From positions 62,001 to 97,991 of the forward strand of contig JYFJ02000985.1 in NCBI GenBank assembly GCA_000934665.2: a stretch of 35,991 nucleotides of DNA, read 5' to 3'. The notes below the pieces were generated by a model, which saw only the letters and a program-made list of their open reading frames with translations, was not told the DNA's origin and did not search any database. Shown here piece after piece: positions 34,401 through 35,991 of this stretch (positions are counted from its first letter, which is position 1; each line of letters begins with the position of its first letter). The position numbers and the translations under genes were made by a program. This DNA is from Catajapyx aquilonaris (Eukaryota).

Positions 34401-35172
34401 ACTCCAATTCTTTTTCATCCAGTCTCCCGGTCCACCCCCCAAAAAATGACAGTTTTTGTATGCAGTTTGTGCATTTTTTTTTTTTTTTTTGGTACCAGCG
34501 TGGACATGCGCTTTGACAGCATGGCTTTCTTGCATACACCCCCCAGTACCATATATTTTGTTAAGATCTTTAAAGTCTATCTGTGCAGCAACCCGGTGCG
34601 ACCGGGATGCACGTTGCAATAAGGAACTGGCAGGTTGCGGTCCTGCAAAAATTTTGTGGCAGCATACAACCCTCCCTGATATGTGTCCCCCCAATTTTTT
34701 TTTTGTGACAAAAACTGGACAGTGTGATCAGCATTGAAGAGCAATAAAACAGCAACAGATATTTGCGCAGCTTGGTTTTTATCCCTTGAGTATATAACGG
34801 TGCATGTGTGGGAGTGACCCCTCCTTGGCACCTACTTTCCCACGTGTGTGTGTGTGTGTGTGGTACTTCCGGAGAACCACTTCCGTCGGTTGGGCTTGCC
34901 TATCCCTTGGGCCACCTGCTGTTGGATGGATTCCTGGGCCTTTTTGCCAGCTGACCCAAGGGGATGGGAATTGGGGAGGGGGGGATGGAGATGGATGGGA
35001 AGGGAAAACTAGTGCCAGTGAAAAGGGAGGGAAGGTTCACAACGTATCGACTGGGCTTGAATTTGACCCCCTCTTCCACCCAACATCCCTATCCACTTTC
35101 CCACGTTGCCAGTACTGCAGGTCAGCACCACCAGTCTGGCTCAACACTGAAGCAGCAATCAGTTGATTCGGA

Positions 35173-35330
35173 AAATCATACTGATCACAAAATCAGCTAA
35201 CTCGCCAAATCATACTGATCACAAAATCAGCTAACTCGCCAAATCATACGAATCACAAAATCAGCTTACTCGCCAAATCATACGAATCACAAAATCAGCT
35301 AACTCGCCAAATCATACGAGTCACAAAATC
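35173..35330 (+). repeat. 34-bp tandem repeat, about 4.6 copies
   Basis: AAATCATAC(TG/GA)ATCACAAAATCAGCTAACTCGCC at 35173, 35207, 35241, 35275 and 35309 (partial), directly abutting. Confidence 0.95.
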
Positions 35331-35345
35331 TTCTAAATCACAAAC

Positions 35346-35877
35346 GCCCGATTTCAAGAACAGTGGTTCAAATGTAAACTCGGTTCAATTCCGGTTTAAC
35401 CCTAGTTCATAGTCTCTGAAAAACCCTGGGATTAAACCGGACTTGAACCAAGTTTACATTTGAACCACTGTTAGAGAAATCGGGCCTGAACGGGGATTCA
35501 ACTTGACTTTAACCGGGTTTACATATGAACCAGTGGTTCGAGAAATCGGTCCTTAGTGATTTTAGATGATTTTGTGTGAATCAGAGTCTCTCTGAACTGG
35601 GATTAAGCCGGACTTGAACAGGGTTTACATTTGAACCACTCTTCGAGAAATCTGGCCTTACAGATTTAGCTGATTTTTGGTTCTCTGAACTGGGATTAAA
35701 CCGGACTTGAACCGCTGAATTTCGAGAAATCGGGCCTTAGTGATTTAGATGATTTGGTGAATGTAAACTCGGTTCAAACCCAGTTTAATCCCCGTTCATA
35801 GTCTCTGAACTAGGATTAATCCGGACTTTTAACCGGGTTTGCATTTTAACCACTGCACTGTTCGAGAAATCGGGTCC
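35346..35877. mobile_element. Cluster of PIF/Harbinger-like MITE sequences: one full hairpin copy (35346-35486) plus four partial copies
   Basis: GCCCGATTTCAAGAACAGTGGTTCAAATGTAAACT pairs with AGTTTACATTTGAACCACTGTTAGAGAAATCGGGC. Right-end copies finish GAAATC(G/T)G(G/T)CC followed by TTA at 35552, 35657 and 35736, and at 35877 without TTA. Confidence 0.72.
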
Positions 35878-35991
35878 AAATCAGCTTATTAATTAAATAA
35901 TCGAAATCAACTGAATCTGTAAATCATCTGAATCGCTTTTAAAATCTTTTGTACATTGCAGCAATTTTCAACGCTTGTTGCTCCCCCCCCC

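Noticed and set aside
35173..35330. 34-bp repeats as a CRISPR array
   Set aside because: Units abut with no unique spacers, there are no cas genes, and the context is eukaryotic.
1..35991. Autonomous transposase/RT, tRNA, rRNA or prokaryotic defence system
   Set aside because: No DDE, RT or Rep-helicase motifs in any listed ORF and no RNA gene recognised by eye. Small ncRNAs cannot be excluded without an Infernal/tRNAscan search.

Overview
Eukaryotic (animal, most likely arthropod) genomic DNA with two recognisable genes arranged head-to-head. On the minus strand lies the 5' part of a spliced Wnt5 gene. Four coding exons can be rebuilt by hand: 17790-17669, 9485-9229, 3600-3420 and 2439-2328. 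They have GT-AG boundaries and consistent phases and give 224 aa; the exon(s) carrying the CKCHG motif and the C-terminus must lie beyond base 1. On the plus strand is an intronless F-box/LRR gene, FBXL14 (Partner of paired, Ppa), at 30060-31427, with its start codon about 12.3 kb from the Wnt5 start. This Wnt5-Fbxl14 pairing is a known ancient microsynteny. The introns and intergenic DNA hold many non-autonomous terminal-inverted-repeat elements (MITEs with TA or AATT target duplications), minisatellites and microsatellites. The most striking local structures are (i) a three-element nest at 4202-4828, where two MITEs sit in tandem in the AATT centre of a palindromic host element and carry CRE, CCAAT, YY1 and NRF1-like motifs, and (ii) an in-frame upstream ORF ending about 40 nt before the main ATG of each gene. 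I found no transposase, RNA gene, CRISPR array or prokaryotic system, and nothing that clearly amounts to a new biological system; the findings are mostly regulatory and transposon hypotheses.
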